Assembly (NCBI GenBank): GCA_963796285.1
Contig: CAWCKW010000003.1
Coordinates: 1 to 64,000, forward strand
DNA from: Nitrospirota bacterium
Lineage (GTDB): Bacteria > Nitrospirota > UBA9217
Reading direction: 5' to 3'
DNA length: 64,000 nt
In this document: piece by piece, positions 52,034 to 61,924 of the stretch
Position numbering within the stretch: position 1 is the first letter of the stretch
Layout: each line of letters starts with the position of its first letter
The notes under the pieces: generated by a model
Database searches by the model: none
Told to the model about the DNA's origin: nothing
What the model saw: the letters and a program-made list of their open reading frames with translations, nothing else
Translations under genes and position numbers: made by a program

Positions 52034-52861
52034 CTACTTCACGTTTTGGTCAAGCACTACAGACTTGGTCTCTCCCGTTTCCGCAGCTGACTTGCCTGCC
52101 TGATTCAGCGCTGCCGACTGTGTATTCGCAACCTCTGGATTGGGGGCAGCGATCTGAACAGCGTCCGCATTTATCTTCGCTGCGTTTTCGGCTGCAACTT
52201 TTTCTGCCTCCACTTTTTCGGCCGCAGCTTTTGCCTCCGCCTCTGCCTTTATCTTCGCTGCATTTTCGGCGGCAACTCTTTCTGCCTCTGCTTTTTCAGC
52301 GGCTTTTGCAGCAGCAATCTTTACAGCTAGATCATACTTTGTCACTGCAATCCTCAAAGAATTGAAGAAATCGGAATAATAACCTGGGTCAGTAATATTC
52401 CCTTCCTTGATAACTAAGGTTTGATATTCGGTTCCAGTAGGAATAACCGGTAGGATCCAAAGAAGGTGCCACCAGGTAGTAGATGCGCGGTGGAGAATTG
52501 TCTGCTGGCTTGAAGCCAAGGAGACATTTGTTTCGGAACCTGTTACTTCTGAAATATCTACTGATGCACTGATATTATAAGATATCTCAGGTTTTTCCTT
52601 ATCCTGCATGTTTCGTACAGCTTTTACTATGCCCGACTTTAAGTCTGCGCTTTCAATAGTGAATCCTTGCTGAATAAATACTTGTTTTGTGATCTTGAAA
52701 ATATTTTCAGGTGGCTGCGTGAAGGCGCACTGATTATGGGTAAGTGAATGTTGACTATCAAATGCCTTTTGATACGCCTGTTGATTATTTGCACATCCGG
52801 TTAGTGCAATCATTGCCACAAGCAAAAACCACTGCAAAAGTCTGCTGCCTCTGTTTCTCAT
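52034..52861 (-). CDS. lipoprotein with Ala/Lys/Glu-rich tail
   Basis: Lipobox LTGC and AGGAG RBS. Confidence 0.75.
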   Translation of the reverse strand: MRNRGSRLLQWFLLVAMIALTGCANNQQAYQKAFDSQHSLTHNQCAFTQPPENIFKITKQVFIQQGFTIESADLKSGIVKAVRNMQDKEKPEISYNISASVDISEVTGSETNVSLASSQQTILHRASTTWWHLLWILPVIPTGTEYQTLVIKEGNITDPGYYSDFFNSLRIAVTKYDLAVKIAAAKAAEKAEAERVAAENAAKIKAEAEAKAAAEKVEAEKVAAENAAKINADAVQIAAPNPEVANTQSAALNQAGKSAAETGETKSVVLDQNVK

Positions 52862-53091
52862 AATTTCTCCTTTATAAGTTCTCAGAATATAAATCAGTGA
52901 ACTTTCAATTTTTTTATGAAGCTGCCTCTGTCAGGATTTTGGCGTATGCGCTGCAAACTGCTACTTGAAACAAATAATGTTATTAAGTATTGCTGCTACA
53001 AAAGATACAGGAAGAATGCTACTCCTAATTTATTTAGTTGTCAACATAATAAATGGTAATTTAACAAATACCGAATGTAACCCGATATGTT

Positions 53092-53283
53092 TCAAATAAA
53101 TGCACCTACAACGGGTTCAGGACGGATAACTTTGGGGACGTTGTTTCTATCTATGCTTTCCTTCATCAAAGGAGTCATTAGCTCGTATAAATTCACCGCC
53201 TTCGCGTCCTGAACAGCCCACCCTGCTGATACCAGCATCCGGTCGATCTGTTCACGGGCTATGTCTTCGGGGCCTGGAGACAT
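53092..53283 (-). pseudogene. N-terminal remnant of a type I restriction enzyme R subunit
   Basis: 'PEDIAREQIDRMLVSAGWAVQD' is typical of EcoEI/EcoAI-type HsdR N-termini; the frame then ends. Confidence 0.65.
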
Positions 53284-53521
53284 GCGGCCTTTCGTTAAAG
53301 CAAGTTTGCTAAAATCATGGCGCGCTGAAATGAGTGTGCTAAGGCGAGGTTTCCGGCTGCTACTGTATTATAAACAAAGGAATATGTCAAAGACATTCAT
53401 GAAATTTTGACGCACCCTGAGGCTACTCATACCTTAGTGCGTCGAAGGGATTAAGGTGCCTTGGACCACGTATATCGCATCTTACCGCCTGTCGCCGTTA
53501 GTGTTTGGCTATCACAACTGA

Positions 53522-53682
53522 AAAAGAAAAAGCCCCTCATCTTCAAGGGGCTTTTGTACTTCATTGGACTTTGTTTGATGGTGAAATGGTGGGGCGGCGA
53601 CCATTTAATAGGTTGTCCAAGCGCCCTGATTTACAGTACATCTCACAATGGGAATTTAACTCGTACCCCCAAAAGTACCCCA
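53522..53682 (-). mobile_element. degenerate att site: copy of tmRNA 3' end and terminator plus arm-like repeats
   Basis: TGGTGGGGCGGCG versus tmRNA TGGTGGAGGCGGCG; TACCCCCAAAAGTACCCC at 53664-53681. Confidence 0.75.
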
Positions 53683-53722
53683 ACGTGATTTAGCGGCCTT
53701 CAAACATTTCTACGCAGCTGCC

Positions 53723-54133
53723 TCAGACGCGAAACGGATTGGTGATCCGAAGACGGTTGTTAATAAGCTGACCATGTTGCAAATCTTCCGTGTATAAGAC
53801 GGAACAATCGTTTTCCAGTGCGGCTGCAACGATCAAACTATCCCAATATGAAAATTTGTACTTCTTAGTCACCTTAAGTGCGCTGTCAATCGTGCTCTCC
53901 TTAATGGACGCCAAACGAAGCGCGCGCATGAAACCATGCGAGGCTTCGGAAACCTCTTCGATATTGAGAAGGCGCTTTTGAAGACAGGTGCTTATGAATT
54001 CACTGATGACCTGCGAACTGATGACCGCGTCGGAACTTCCGAGGATCACTTCACGTGCTTTTGCTTTCCGGTCGCTGTCACTGCTTATGAAGTAGATAAG
54101 GATATTTGTGTCAATGAATGCCTTATCGGGCAT
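53723..54133 (-). CDS. PIN-domain toxin (VapC-like)
   Basis: 'FIDTNILIY', 'SYWDSLIVAAA', 'LYTEDL'. Confidence 0.92.
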   Translation of the reverse strand: MPDKAFIDTNILIYFISSDSDRKAKAREVILGSSDAVISSQVISEFISTCLQKRLLNIEEVSEASHGFMRALRLASIKESTIDSALKVTKKYKFSYWDSLIVAAALENDCSVLYTEDLQHGQLINNRLRITNPFRV

Positions 54134-54308
54134 GGATTTCCTCCCTGTCGAATTTATATCGTGCAGGGAGCTTTACGTTGAATTTATTAAAAATGGAGTC
54201 GAGTATCGACTCTTTTTGAGATGTCAAGATCGCGACGTGTTCCTTACCGAACATCTTTCTGATTTTATTTACTTCCTCTTTACCTTTCACCTCAACGATA
54301 ACTTTCAT
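54123..54308 (-). CDS. putative antitoxin
   Basis: 61 aa overlapping the PIN start; ends 'KFDREEIHAR'. Confidence 0.75.
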   Translation of the reverse strand: MKVIVEVKGKEEVNKIRKMFGKEHVAILTSQKESILDSIFNKFNVKLPARYKFDREEIHAR

Positions 54309-54721
54309 ACTATACCTGCCTTGTCCAGCAAATTGAAAAGCGATTTCTTAATCTGCCGTTATTATATCCACAATGACGCATATTTCAAGACATTTCTGCT
54401 GCCAAGCATTATGGTTTCCATCACGACTTCGCTACGGGCGCTATTAGCTTTCGGATATCAGCAATGGATTCACTTGTTGACGGTCGCAGTGAAGCAGATA
54501 AAGTTAAAGTAGCTTTCATGGTTGAGGGCGTTCACATACGGGTCTGCCCTGGGGATATTATCCAGGCCGTGGACCTCGCTGATCCAGAGCCGCCTTACCA
54601 AAGGCCTGAACAGAAAGGCAACAACCGGAGAATCAAGTCCACTGTGCCCATTTTCCTAAAGAAAAAGCCCCTCGTCTTCAAGGGGCTTTTGCACTTCATT
54701 GGTCTTTGTTAGATTGTAAAT

Positions 54722-55075
54722 TGGTGGAGGCGGCGGGAATTGAACCCGCGTCCGAAAACCGTCAGCCAGAAGCTCATACATGCTTATCCCCGCTTTTATT
54801 GCTCTCGCTTCATCCGGCGCCTTGGGGAAAGCTTCGGAATCGGCCAGCCCGGTTTTTCTTATCTCCCCGCCCCGGACGGCGTCGGGAAGACCAGCCTGGT
54901 TTTTGACATCTCTGCGATCGTTCAGGCGCCAACCGCGAGACGCGCTACCTATTTAGGCGGCGTATGCCAGTTCTTGATTATTGGCAGTTGATCTTTACCA
55001 TGTGTTTAACGAGCCCCATGGTACCTCGGCATGCAACTCCTGACCTCTAAATCCCCGTCGAAGCCTGTCGCCCCC
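54722..55075 (-). ncRNA. ssrA: tmRNA
   Basis: 5' GGGGGCGACAGGCTTCGACGGGG, 3' TTCAATTCCCGCCGCCTCCACCA, tag ANNQELAYAA*. Confidence 0.97.
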
Positions 55076-55086
55076 TTTTGTTGAAC

Positions 55087-55195
55087 CGATGAAATGCGAC
55101 CAGAACCGACGAAAGTCGACTTAAAACGAATAGATGTCCTTTCGATTCTCGTCACTGCACGTCGCTTCTCGTCGTTTCATGCCGCTTCATGTCGA
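55087..55195. repeat. inverted arrays of 10-bp-period CGAC/GTCG repeats with no cargo
   Basis: CGAC/T/A at 55087, 55097, 55107, 55117, 55127; GTCG-like at 55141-55191. Confidence 0.7.
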
Positions 55196-55209
55196 TACAA
55201 TATATTACC

Positions 55210-55500
55210 TCATTCGTCCTTGCTATTCAATACCCTTTTCACCTCAGCATTGCTTATGCCGGTGATGCGGACGACCTTTTCCCTGGAGGTGTGGCCGGTA
55301 ACGATCTCAACATGGGATCTGGGGATAGACAGGGTATGGGCGAGGAACTTCACTAACGCCTCGTTGGCAGCGCCGTCGACCGGCGGGGCGGTGAGTCTGA
55401 TCTTGAGTCCGCCGCTCTCCATCTGGACGATCTCGTTCTTCGAAGCGCGGGGCTGGATGCGTATCGAGAGTGAAACCGGCGCCTCAGGCCCCTTATTCCT
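55210..55500 (-). CDS. yggU: DUF167/YggU protein (start uncertain)
   Basis: 'IQPRASK' and 'LTAPPVDGAANEAL'. Confidence 0.88.
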   Translation of the reverse strand, partial: RNKGPEAPVSLSIRIQPRASKNEIVQMESGGLKIRLTAPPVDGAANEALVKFLAHTLSIPRSHVEIVTGHTSREKVVRITGISNAEVKRVLNSKDE

Positions 55501-55996
55501 GGGCAGGTTCCTGGGCAGGCTCTTCTTTGGCGTCACCACCGGCCTCCTCGAAGCTGACCATTTCCCGGTGCATCTCAATGACCTTCTTGATGTCCTGCAG
55601 GAAGTGATGCTTCCTGCGCTTCAACTCCTGGATCTCCACCTCAAGCTTCGCCTTCTCATCCTGGGAATTGTTTATGAACTGCAGCCTGCGCACCTCCGCG
55701 TCCTTGATGATGACCTCCGCTTCCCTGCGCGCGTTGTCCTTCTGGTCCTCCATGAGCTTCTGGGTCATCAGCAGCGTGTTCTTGACCGTTTCTTCCCGTT
55801 CAGTCAGTTCGCGCAGGCGCTCATCGTAGGACTGGCGGAATTCCTTCAGCTCCGTTGTTTCCCGATACAGTGTTTCCATTTCGTCCCGCACCAGGTCGAG
55901 AAACACCTCGACCTCGGCTTGTTCGTAGCCGCGAAAAACCACATGGAACCGTTTCTGCTGGATATCGATAGGTGTTAACCTGTTGCCGTTACTCAT
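55493..55996 (-). CDS. divIVA: DivIVA-domain protein
   Basis: 'LTPIDIQQKRF..VFRGY...EV..FLD' followed by coiled coil. Confidence 0.92.
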   Translation of the reverse strand: MSNGNRLTPIDIQQKRFHVVFRGYEQAEVEVFLDLVRDEMETLYRETTELKEFRQSYDERLRELTEREETVKNTLLMTQKLMEDQKDNARREAEVIIKDAEVRRLQFINNSQDEKAKLEVEIQELKRRKHHFLQDIKKVIEMHREMVSFEEAGGDAKEEPAQEPAQE

Positions 55997-56033
55997 ACGA
56001 GTGCCTCCTCGGGCGCAGCGCTCCAGTGAGCGC

Positions 56034-56333
56034 TTACCCCATTGCGTTTCCGATGCGATAGAGAGTATTGATCAGCGCGTACTGCAGGAACAGAATAATG
56101 AGCGCGGCGATCAACGGCGAGAAATCAATCCCGACTTTGTGGGGAGGGACCAGCTTGCGGATCGGCCTGAGTACCGGCTCGGTCATTTTCGTCAGGACCT
56201 GCACAATGGGATTGTAGGGGTCCGGGTTCACCCATGAGATAAGCGCCCTGATAATGATGATCCACATGTAGATATTCAGCACGACATCAAGCACCTTGGC
56301 CAGCCCCAGAACGATATTTCCAAATACGAACAT
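56034..56333 (-). CDS. yggT: YggT-family membrane protein
   Basis: 'ISWVNPDPYNP', 'TEPVLRPIR', 'DFSP'. Confidence 0.93.
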   Translation of the reverse strand: MFVFGNIVLGLAKVLDVVLNIYMWIIIIRALISWVNPDPYNPIVQVLTKMTEPVLRPIRKLVPPHKVGIDFSPLIAALIILFLQYALINTLYRIGNAMG

Positions 56334-56419
56334 TGCTCCTCCCTTAAAAAACGGACATAAAGTCGACAGAGATGCGACAAGAAGCGACGAGAAACGACCT
56401 GAACCGGTGATGTTTCCAC

Positions 56420-56794
56420 TTACAGCGTCCAATTCTCTGCGTTCCGACTCATGGAAACCAACCGTGTCAGAATGTGCTCGTACGTTCTATCGAGTTTCTC
56501 CGCGGTTTGCTTGTCGATATACGCACATCGAAGCGCAACTTCAAGCCACGTTTGCGTTTCTGATGCCTCTGCTTCGGCGTCGTTTAATTTGCTCTTAAAT
56601 GCCGCCTCATATCTTCTCTTTCTCCATGCTTCGGCAAGATTCGCGGCAACCGAACGGGACGATCTCCGAATTTGATCTACAAGAGAATACTTCTCTTCCG
56701 AAGGAAATGCTTTGGTCATGGTATAGATCTCCATGGCGCCATCCATCGCATCCCGCCACACGTGCAGTTCTTTATGGCTCTGTATGTTCCCCAA
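56420..56794 (-). CDS. four-helix-bundle protein (23S rRNA IVP/bAvd-like)
   Basis: 'FPSEEKYSLVDQIRRSSRSVAANLAEA'. Confidence 0.92.
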   Translation of the reverse strand: MGNIQSHKELHVWRDAMDGAMEIYTMTKAFPSEEKYSLVDQIRRSSRSVAANLAEAWRKRRYEAAFKSKLNDAEAEASETQTWLEVALRCAYIDKQTAEKLDRTYEHILTRLVSMSRNAENWTL

Positions 56795-56874
56795 ACCTCA
56801 GCCTTCTCTTGTCGTCTTTGTCGTTTTTGTCGTTTCTTGTCGTCTTTCGTCGGTTTTAGTCGTCTCGCTTCTCC

Positions 56875-57685
56875 TTACTTCCCCAGTTCCCTGCTCCTCG
56901 TTGTCGCCGCCTCAACCGCGTTCATGAGCGTCGCGCGGAGTTTTCCCTTTTCAAGGGCATGAAGGCCTTCGATGGTCGTCCCGCCGGGAGAGGTTACCAT
57001 GTCCCTGAGCTTGCCGGGATGTTCCTTTGTCTCAAGCACCATCTTGGCTGCGCCGTACACGGTCTGGGCCGCAAGCTCGAGTGCAAGCTGCCGGGGAAGA
57101 CCCGCCTTTACTCCGGCGTCGGACAATGCGTCGATGATCATGAATACGTAAGCCGGACCGCTGCCCGAAAGCCCGGTCACGGCATCCATGAGCTTTTCCT
57201 CCACGATCACCGCCCTGCCCACTGAGTTGAAGATGCTCTGCGCCAGGGCAAGATCATCGCTCGTTGCGTGCTTCCCTCCCGCAAGCGCTGCCGCGCCCGC
57301 AAGCACCAGCGCAGGGGTGTTCGGCATCACGCGCACCACATGGGAAGTCTCCTTCAATCCCTTTTCGATCTTGGCGATCACAATTCCCGCGGCAATGGAG
57401 ATAACGAGCTTCTTAGCATCAACAGCAGATGAAAATATCCGCGAGTACCCGTTCGACCACCTGCGGCTTGACGCACAGGAGTATAATATCAGCCTCACGC
57501 GCAGCCTCAACATTACCCCTCTGCTGAACACCATAGGTCGTATGGAGATGCGCAAGCCTGTCAACGGAGACGTCGGTGACCAGGATGTGGTCGGGTTTTG
57601 CCGTCCCTGCCGCGATCAAACCCTTGATGAGCGCCTCGGCCATGTTCCCGCCGCCGATGAACGCTATTGTTTTATTTGTCGTCAT
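56875..57685 (-). CDS. proC: pyrroline-5-carboxylate reductase; single frameshift near 57433
   Basis: 'FIGGGNMAEA', 'RVMPNTP', 'SGSGPAY', 'VTSPGGTT'. Confidence 0.93.
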
Positions 57686-57746
57686 GAAACCTCCGGTGAC
57701 TTTCGCTGCTCTTCATTCCGCACTCCAAACTCCGAACTCCGAACTC

Positions 57747-58433
57747 TTAAACCCTCTCCCCGAATATCGCCGTACCCACTCGCACCACGGTTGCTCCTTC
57801 TTCGACAGCGGCCTCAAAATCTCCGCTCATCCCCATGGACAACTCTTTCATGACCGCGTTCGGAATATGCTCCATTGCAATGCTCTCCGCCAGCTCCCGC
57901 AGCACGCAGAAATACGGTCTTGAGTCCTCCTGGTTCTCCGAGAACGGAGGGATGGTCATCAGCCCCTGAATGGCGATATTGCCCAGTTTCGCGGCCTCCC
58001 TCACCAGTGCCGGGGCATTTCGTACGGTCATGCCGGCCTTGCTCGCCTCTCCCGCGATGTTCACTTCGACCAGAACGTTCTGCACCTTCCCGATCTTCGC
58101 CGCCTGCCTGTCGATCTCCTTCGCAAGCTCCAGGCTGTCCACTGAATGGATCAGGTCAAAAAGCTTCACCGCGTACTTGGCCTTGTTCGCCTGCAAATGG
58201 CCGATCAAATGCCAGCTCGCAATACTGCCGAGCTTCTCGATCTTCTCCTTCGCTTCCTGTACCCGGTTCTCGCCGAGGATGGTCGCGCCCGCGGCAACTG
58301 CCTCGCGAATCCTTTCAACATCGACGGTCTTGGTCACGACCACGAGCTTGACGGACGCCGGATCGCGGCCTGCGCGCTTTGCCGCGGCAACGATCCTGTT
58401 GCTCACCGTCTTGAAGTTGTCCGCAATTGACAT
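57747..58433 (-). CDS. yggS: PLP homeostasis protein YggS
   Basis: 'VTKT', 'WHLIGHLQANK', 'LSMGMSGD', 'RVGTAIFG'. Confidence 0.95.
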   Translation of the reverse strand: MSIADNFKTVSNRIVAAAKRAGRDPASVKLVVVTKTVDVERIREAVAAGATILGENRVQEAKEKIEKLGSIASWHLIGHLQANKAKYAVKLFDLIHSVDSLELAKEIDRQAAKIGKVQNVLVEVNIAGEASKAGMTVRNAPALVREAAKLGNIAIQGLMTIPPFSENQEDSRPYFCVLRELAESIAMEHIPNAVMKELSMGMSGDFEAAVEEGATVVRVGTAIFGERV

Positions 58434-58607
58434 AAAAAAGAGACGATTCGTCTCGCGCAAAGACGCAAAGTACGCCAAGAAAAGCTTTGAGAACAATTGA
58501 TGCATTCATAAAATTCGGAACTGTCACCGTCTGCTTTTAGTTCAGGCATTTCAGCCATTTTATGAAACTGCACCAATTAAGATGATCTCGTAGAAAGGCA
58601 TAATCTA

Positions 58608-58772
58608 CCGCAGAGGCGCGGAGACACGGAGACACGGAGAAATGCATATCGAAAATAATAAAGATTTTCTCTGCGCCTCTGCGTCTCAGCGGTTAAATCC
58701 GACTGATTTCGTGTTCATCAATTATACATGATAACTTTTTTATGCTCCTCTGCGACCTCTGCGCCTCTGCGA
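58608..58772. repeat. 9-bp-period inverted-repeat hairpin element
   Basis: ACCGCAGAGGCGCGGAGACACGGAG...CTCTGCGCCTCTGCGTCTCAGCGGT, plus a further half copy. Confidence 0.65.
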
Positions 58773-58783
58773 GAAATAATGCT

Positions 58784-59563
58784 TTATGGCTTTATCATGA
58801 TCACCGACAGCATCCTGCCGGTCCTGCCCTCGGCGCGGAAGGAGTAGAACAGGTCACGCCTGCATGACGTGCAGAGCCCGAGCGCGTGCACATTCTTTTC
58901 AGCCAACCCGATCTGCAGCAGCTCCAGTTTGTTCGCTGTTACCAGGTCCAGGCTCCAGCGGTCATCTCCGCGCGGAGTGGAGACCTCTTTCCAGAACGAG
59001 AATGCCTCTCTGACCCGTCCCATCACCGCCTCGTCCACCTCGTAGCATTCGGGCCCAATGGCCGGTCCGATCGCCGCGATCAATTGCGCAGGTTCTGATC
59101 CGAATTCTTCGTGCATCCGGTGTACGGCCTTCTGGACGATCTTCTTTACCGTGCTCCGCCAGCCCGCATGCACAGCGGCCACCGCGGGTTTGACCGGATC
59201 GAATAAGAGGACCGGCACGCAGTCCGCGGTCTCTACGCCGATGGCGATCCCCGGAACATCGGTAATCATCGCGTCGGCATGCACGGTCCGGACATCCCGG
59301 ACGTTCAGGTCGTCCACCGTGACGATATTTTCGCCGTGCACCTGGTTCACGGTCACCACCCGGTCTCTGCAGACCCCGAACGCGCTTGCCACCGCGGTCC
59401 AGTCATCCGGATGCCTGATCCCGTTGTTCCTTGCGCCCAGCCCGCCCTGCCGCGTGGTAAAGGCATGGAGCATCCCGGTTAATTTGTCGAGCGCGGGGAC
59501 CGAAAGCAATCCATCGTCCCTGACCTTGGCGCATTTTTTATGCTGTGATTTGACGGTATTCAT
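58784..59563 (-). CDS. pgeF: peptidoglycan editing factor PgeF (YfiH)
   Basis: 'QVHG', 'TADCVPV', 'HAGWR', 'GPAIGPECYEV'. Confidence 0.93.
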   Translation of the reverse strand: MNTVKSQHKKCAKVRDDGLLSVPALDKLTGMLHAFTTRQGGLGARNNGIRHPDDWTAVASAFGVCRDRVVTVNQVHGENIVTVDDLNVRDVRTVHADAMITDVPGIAIGVETADCVPVLLFDPVKPAVAAVHAGWRSTVKKIVQKAVHRMHEEFGSEPAQLIAAIGPAIGPECYEVDEAVMGRVREAFSFWKEVSTPRGDDRWSLDLVTANKLELLQIGLAEKNVHALGLCTSCRRDLFYSFRAEGRTGRMLSVIMIKP

Positions 59564-59584
59564 CGGTGATCCAGATACAACGCG

Positions 59585-61312
59585 TTACTGACAAACTCCG
59601 CAGGTCTTGCACGAGCCGACCTTGCACGGTGGAGTGAATTTTCCCTCGAGCGCCCGCTGATATTCATTCTTAAGATATTCTTTTCTCACACCGATGTCAA
59701 TAAAATCCCAGGGCAGGTGCTCGTTGAACTCGCGCCGTCGATACACGTAAAAATCCATATCGATCGCCGTTGCTTTTGCCGCCTTTTTCCAGTCCCCGCC
59801 GTTTTCATGGGCCGCCCTGATCAGTTTTCCGGTCCTGCGGTCCCCGCGCGAGAGCAGCGCCTGGACATATTCCCACTTCGGAATGTCGTGAATGACGTTC
59901 ATGTTCCCGATCTTCCGCACCGCCTTGTCCAGTGAGCGCTGCTTTTTATTCAGACTCTCGACGGAATCCATCGGCTCCCACTGGAACGGCGTGAACGGCT
60001 TCGGGACAAAGGAGTTCACCGAGAGCGTGATCCTGCCGATCCTGCCGAGGGGCCGGGCATGGTCGAGCTGGACCTCATGCACCTTGAGCGCGAGCAGGAT
60101 GATCGCGTCCACATCTGCCTGGGTCTCCGTCGGCAGGCCGATGATGAAATACAGCTTGAGGTTCGGGATGCCGTGGCGAAAGACCATATCGGCGGCGCGA
60201 AGGATGTCTTCTTCCGTTATGCCCTTGTTGATCACCTTGCGAAGCCGCTCGGATCCGGCCTCGGGGGCGATCGAAATGGTCTTGTGTCCGCTCTTCGCGA
60301 GCCGTTCGATCAGCGTCTCACTGACCGAATCCGCGCGCAGCGATGAGACCGAGACGCCCCCCTCGATCCTTGCGCAGAGGTCGTCAATGTCGGGATAGTC
60401 GGACAATGCCGCGCCCACGAGCCCGATCTTGCCGCACAGCTCGTCCGCCTTGCCTGCCTGCTCGCCTGATCTTTCGATGTTCAGGTTGCGGGGAGGAAGG
60501 TACAGGTAGCCTGCCATGCAGAACCGGCAGTGCCTGCCGCATCCCCGGGTGATCTCCGACAAATACCGGTCGCTGAACTCCGTATGCGGGGTGAGAATAA
60601 CAGTGGCTGCAGGCGCCTTGTCGAAGTCTTTGACCGTCCGCTTGACGATGCGGTCGGGGGCAACGGGCTCAAGCTTTGTTCGTCCCATGATCGTCCCGTC
60701 TTCATGATAGACGACCTCATAAAACTCCGGCACGTATACACCGGGGATCCTGCTGAGGGCGCTCAGAAGCTCGTGCCGCTCTTTTCCCCTGTTCTGCTTG
60801 TACGCATCAATGAACTCTCCTACAACTTCTTCCCCCTCCCCCACGATCACGACATCAACGAAGTCCGCAAGCGGCTCAGGGTTGAAAAAGGAACAAATGC
60901 CTCCGAGGACCACCAGCGGATCATCCTCCGTCCGTTCGCGTTTATCCGCCGGGATGCCGGAGAGTCTCAGGATCTCGAGAATATTCACATAGTCCTGTTC
61001 AAAGGACACGGAGAAGGCCAGGAGGTCGAACTCTCTCACGGGCCGCTTGCTCTCGAGGCAGAACAGTTTTGTGCTGGTTGTACCATACTCTTCAATGTCG
61101 TCCTCATCAGGCAGGAACACCCGTTCACAAGCAGTGTCGGCGCGGCGGTTCAGGATGGAGTAGATCTGGTGCACGCCGAGGTTCGACATGCCGATGTGAT
61201 AGGTATTGGGATAGGCCAGCGCGAATGCGACCTCCGTTCCACGGGCCTTTAAGATCGTCCCGCGCTCGGCAGCGAGCAGGGCATCGGCTTTTTCCTTCAG
61301 CTTTCTGGACAT
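59585..61312 (-). CDS. B12-binding-like radical SAM protein
   Basis: CxxxCxxC 'CGRHCRFC', 'APEAGSERLR', 'FVPKPFTPFQW'. Confidence 0.92.
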   Translation of the reverse strand: MSRKLKEKADALLAAERGTILKARGTEVAFALAYPNTYHIGMSNLGVHQIYSILNRRADTACERVFLPDEDDIEEYGTTSTKLFCLESKRPVREFDLLAFSVSFEQDYVNILEILRLSGIPADKRERTEDDPLVVLGGICSFFNPEPLADFVDVVIVGEGEEVVGEFIDAYKQNRGKERHELLSALSRIPGVYVPEFYEVVYHEDGTIMGRTKLEPVAPDRIVKRTVKDFDKAPAATVILTPHTEFSDRYLSEITRGCGRHCRFCMAGYLYLPPRNLNIERSGEQAGKADELCGKIGLVGAALSDYPDIDDLCARIEGGVSVSSLRADSVSETLIERLAKSGHKTISIAPEAGSERLRKVINKGITEEDILRAADMVFRHGIPNLKLYFIIGLPTETQADVDAIILLALKVHEVQLDHARPLGRIGRITLSVNSFVPKPFTPFQWEPMDSVESLNKKQRSLDKAVRKIGNMNVIHDIPKWEYVQALLSRGDRRTGKLIRAAHENGGDWKKAAKATAIDMDFYVYRRREFNEHLPWDFIDIGVRKEYLKNEYQRALEGKFTPPCKVGSCKTCGVCQ

Positions 61313-61511
61313 GGAAGAATTATACTATGCCTGCATGCCGGGCGCAAAACAATTCCTGCACACCGTAATGAAGGTTCGTATAGGAAGGGACAAAAGATGA
61401 GGGGCAAAGCTGTATCAGTATTTCATGCGTTTGTATTAGTATGAGAGCGTTAATGATCAGGATACGAAGCTATTCCTGCTATTCTCCGCGCCTCTGGGGA
61501 CATGCGGGGTT

Positions 61512-61844
61512 GGGGTAAAGCTATTTGATTCTGTCTTTCCCCTGCGCCGGGCAGCTCTGACGCGAAAGACGCGCATAGCAATGCTGCATTGATCGTAGTT
61601 ACGAGTACAAGACAAGGCAGACACGCCCTGCACTCGCGACGTGGCGCTCGTAAACGCTGGGTGCAGGCGGCCTCACCCTTTTATAAGGGTGAGGGTGGAG
61701 TGCTGCGAGACCTGCATATCAGGGCGGAGGTACTGTTAATATACCCGCCATGCTGCGCGGCTGAGCGATGAGCTGCCCAAAAAAAACGGTGCACATCTGG
61801 GGTAAGTACCAACTTAGATAACCTTCATAAGACAGATTGTTAAT
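61512..61844 (+). repeat. dispersed structured repeat, type B, copy 2, with a ~45-nt hairpin insertion
   Basis: Homologous to 13811-14099; extra segment ~61622-61667. Confidence 0.85.
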
Positions 61845-61924
61845 GAAGAATAAAAAGCGATACCTGCTATTAAGTGACCCACATAAAGTCAGAAGATCCA
61901 AAAAAGCTTGCTTCTGTTCCCGTC

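Noticed and set aside
56420-56794. Diversity-generating retroelement (Avd-like gene)
   Set aside because: No RT is present and no TR/VR pair with adenine-specific differences was seen.
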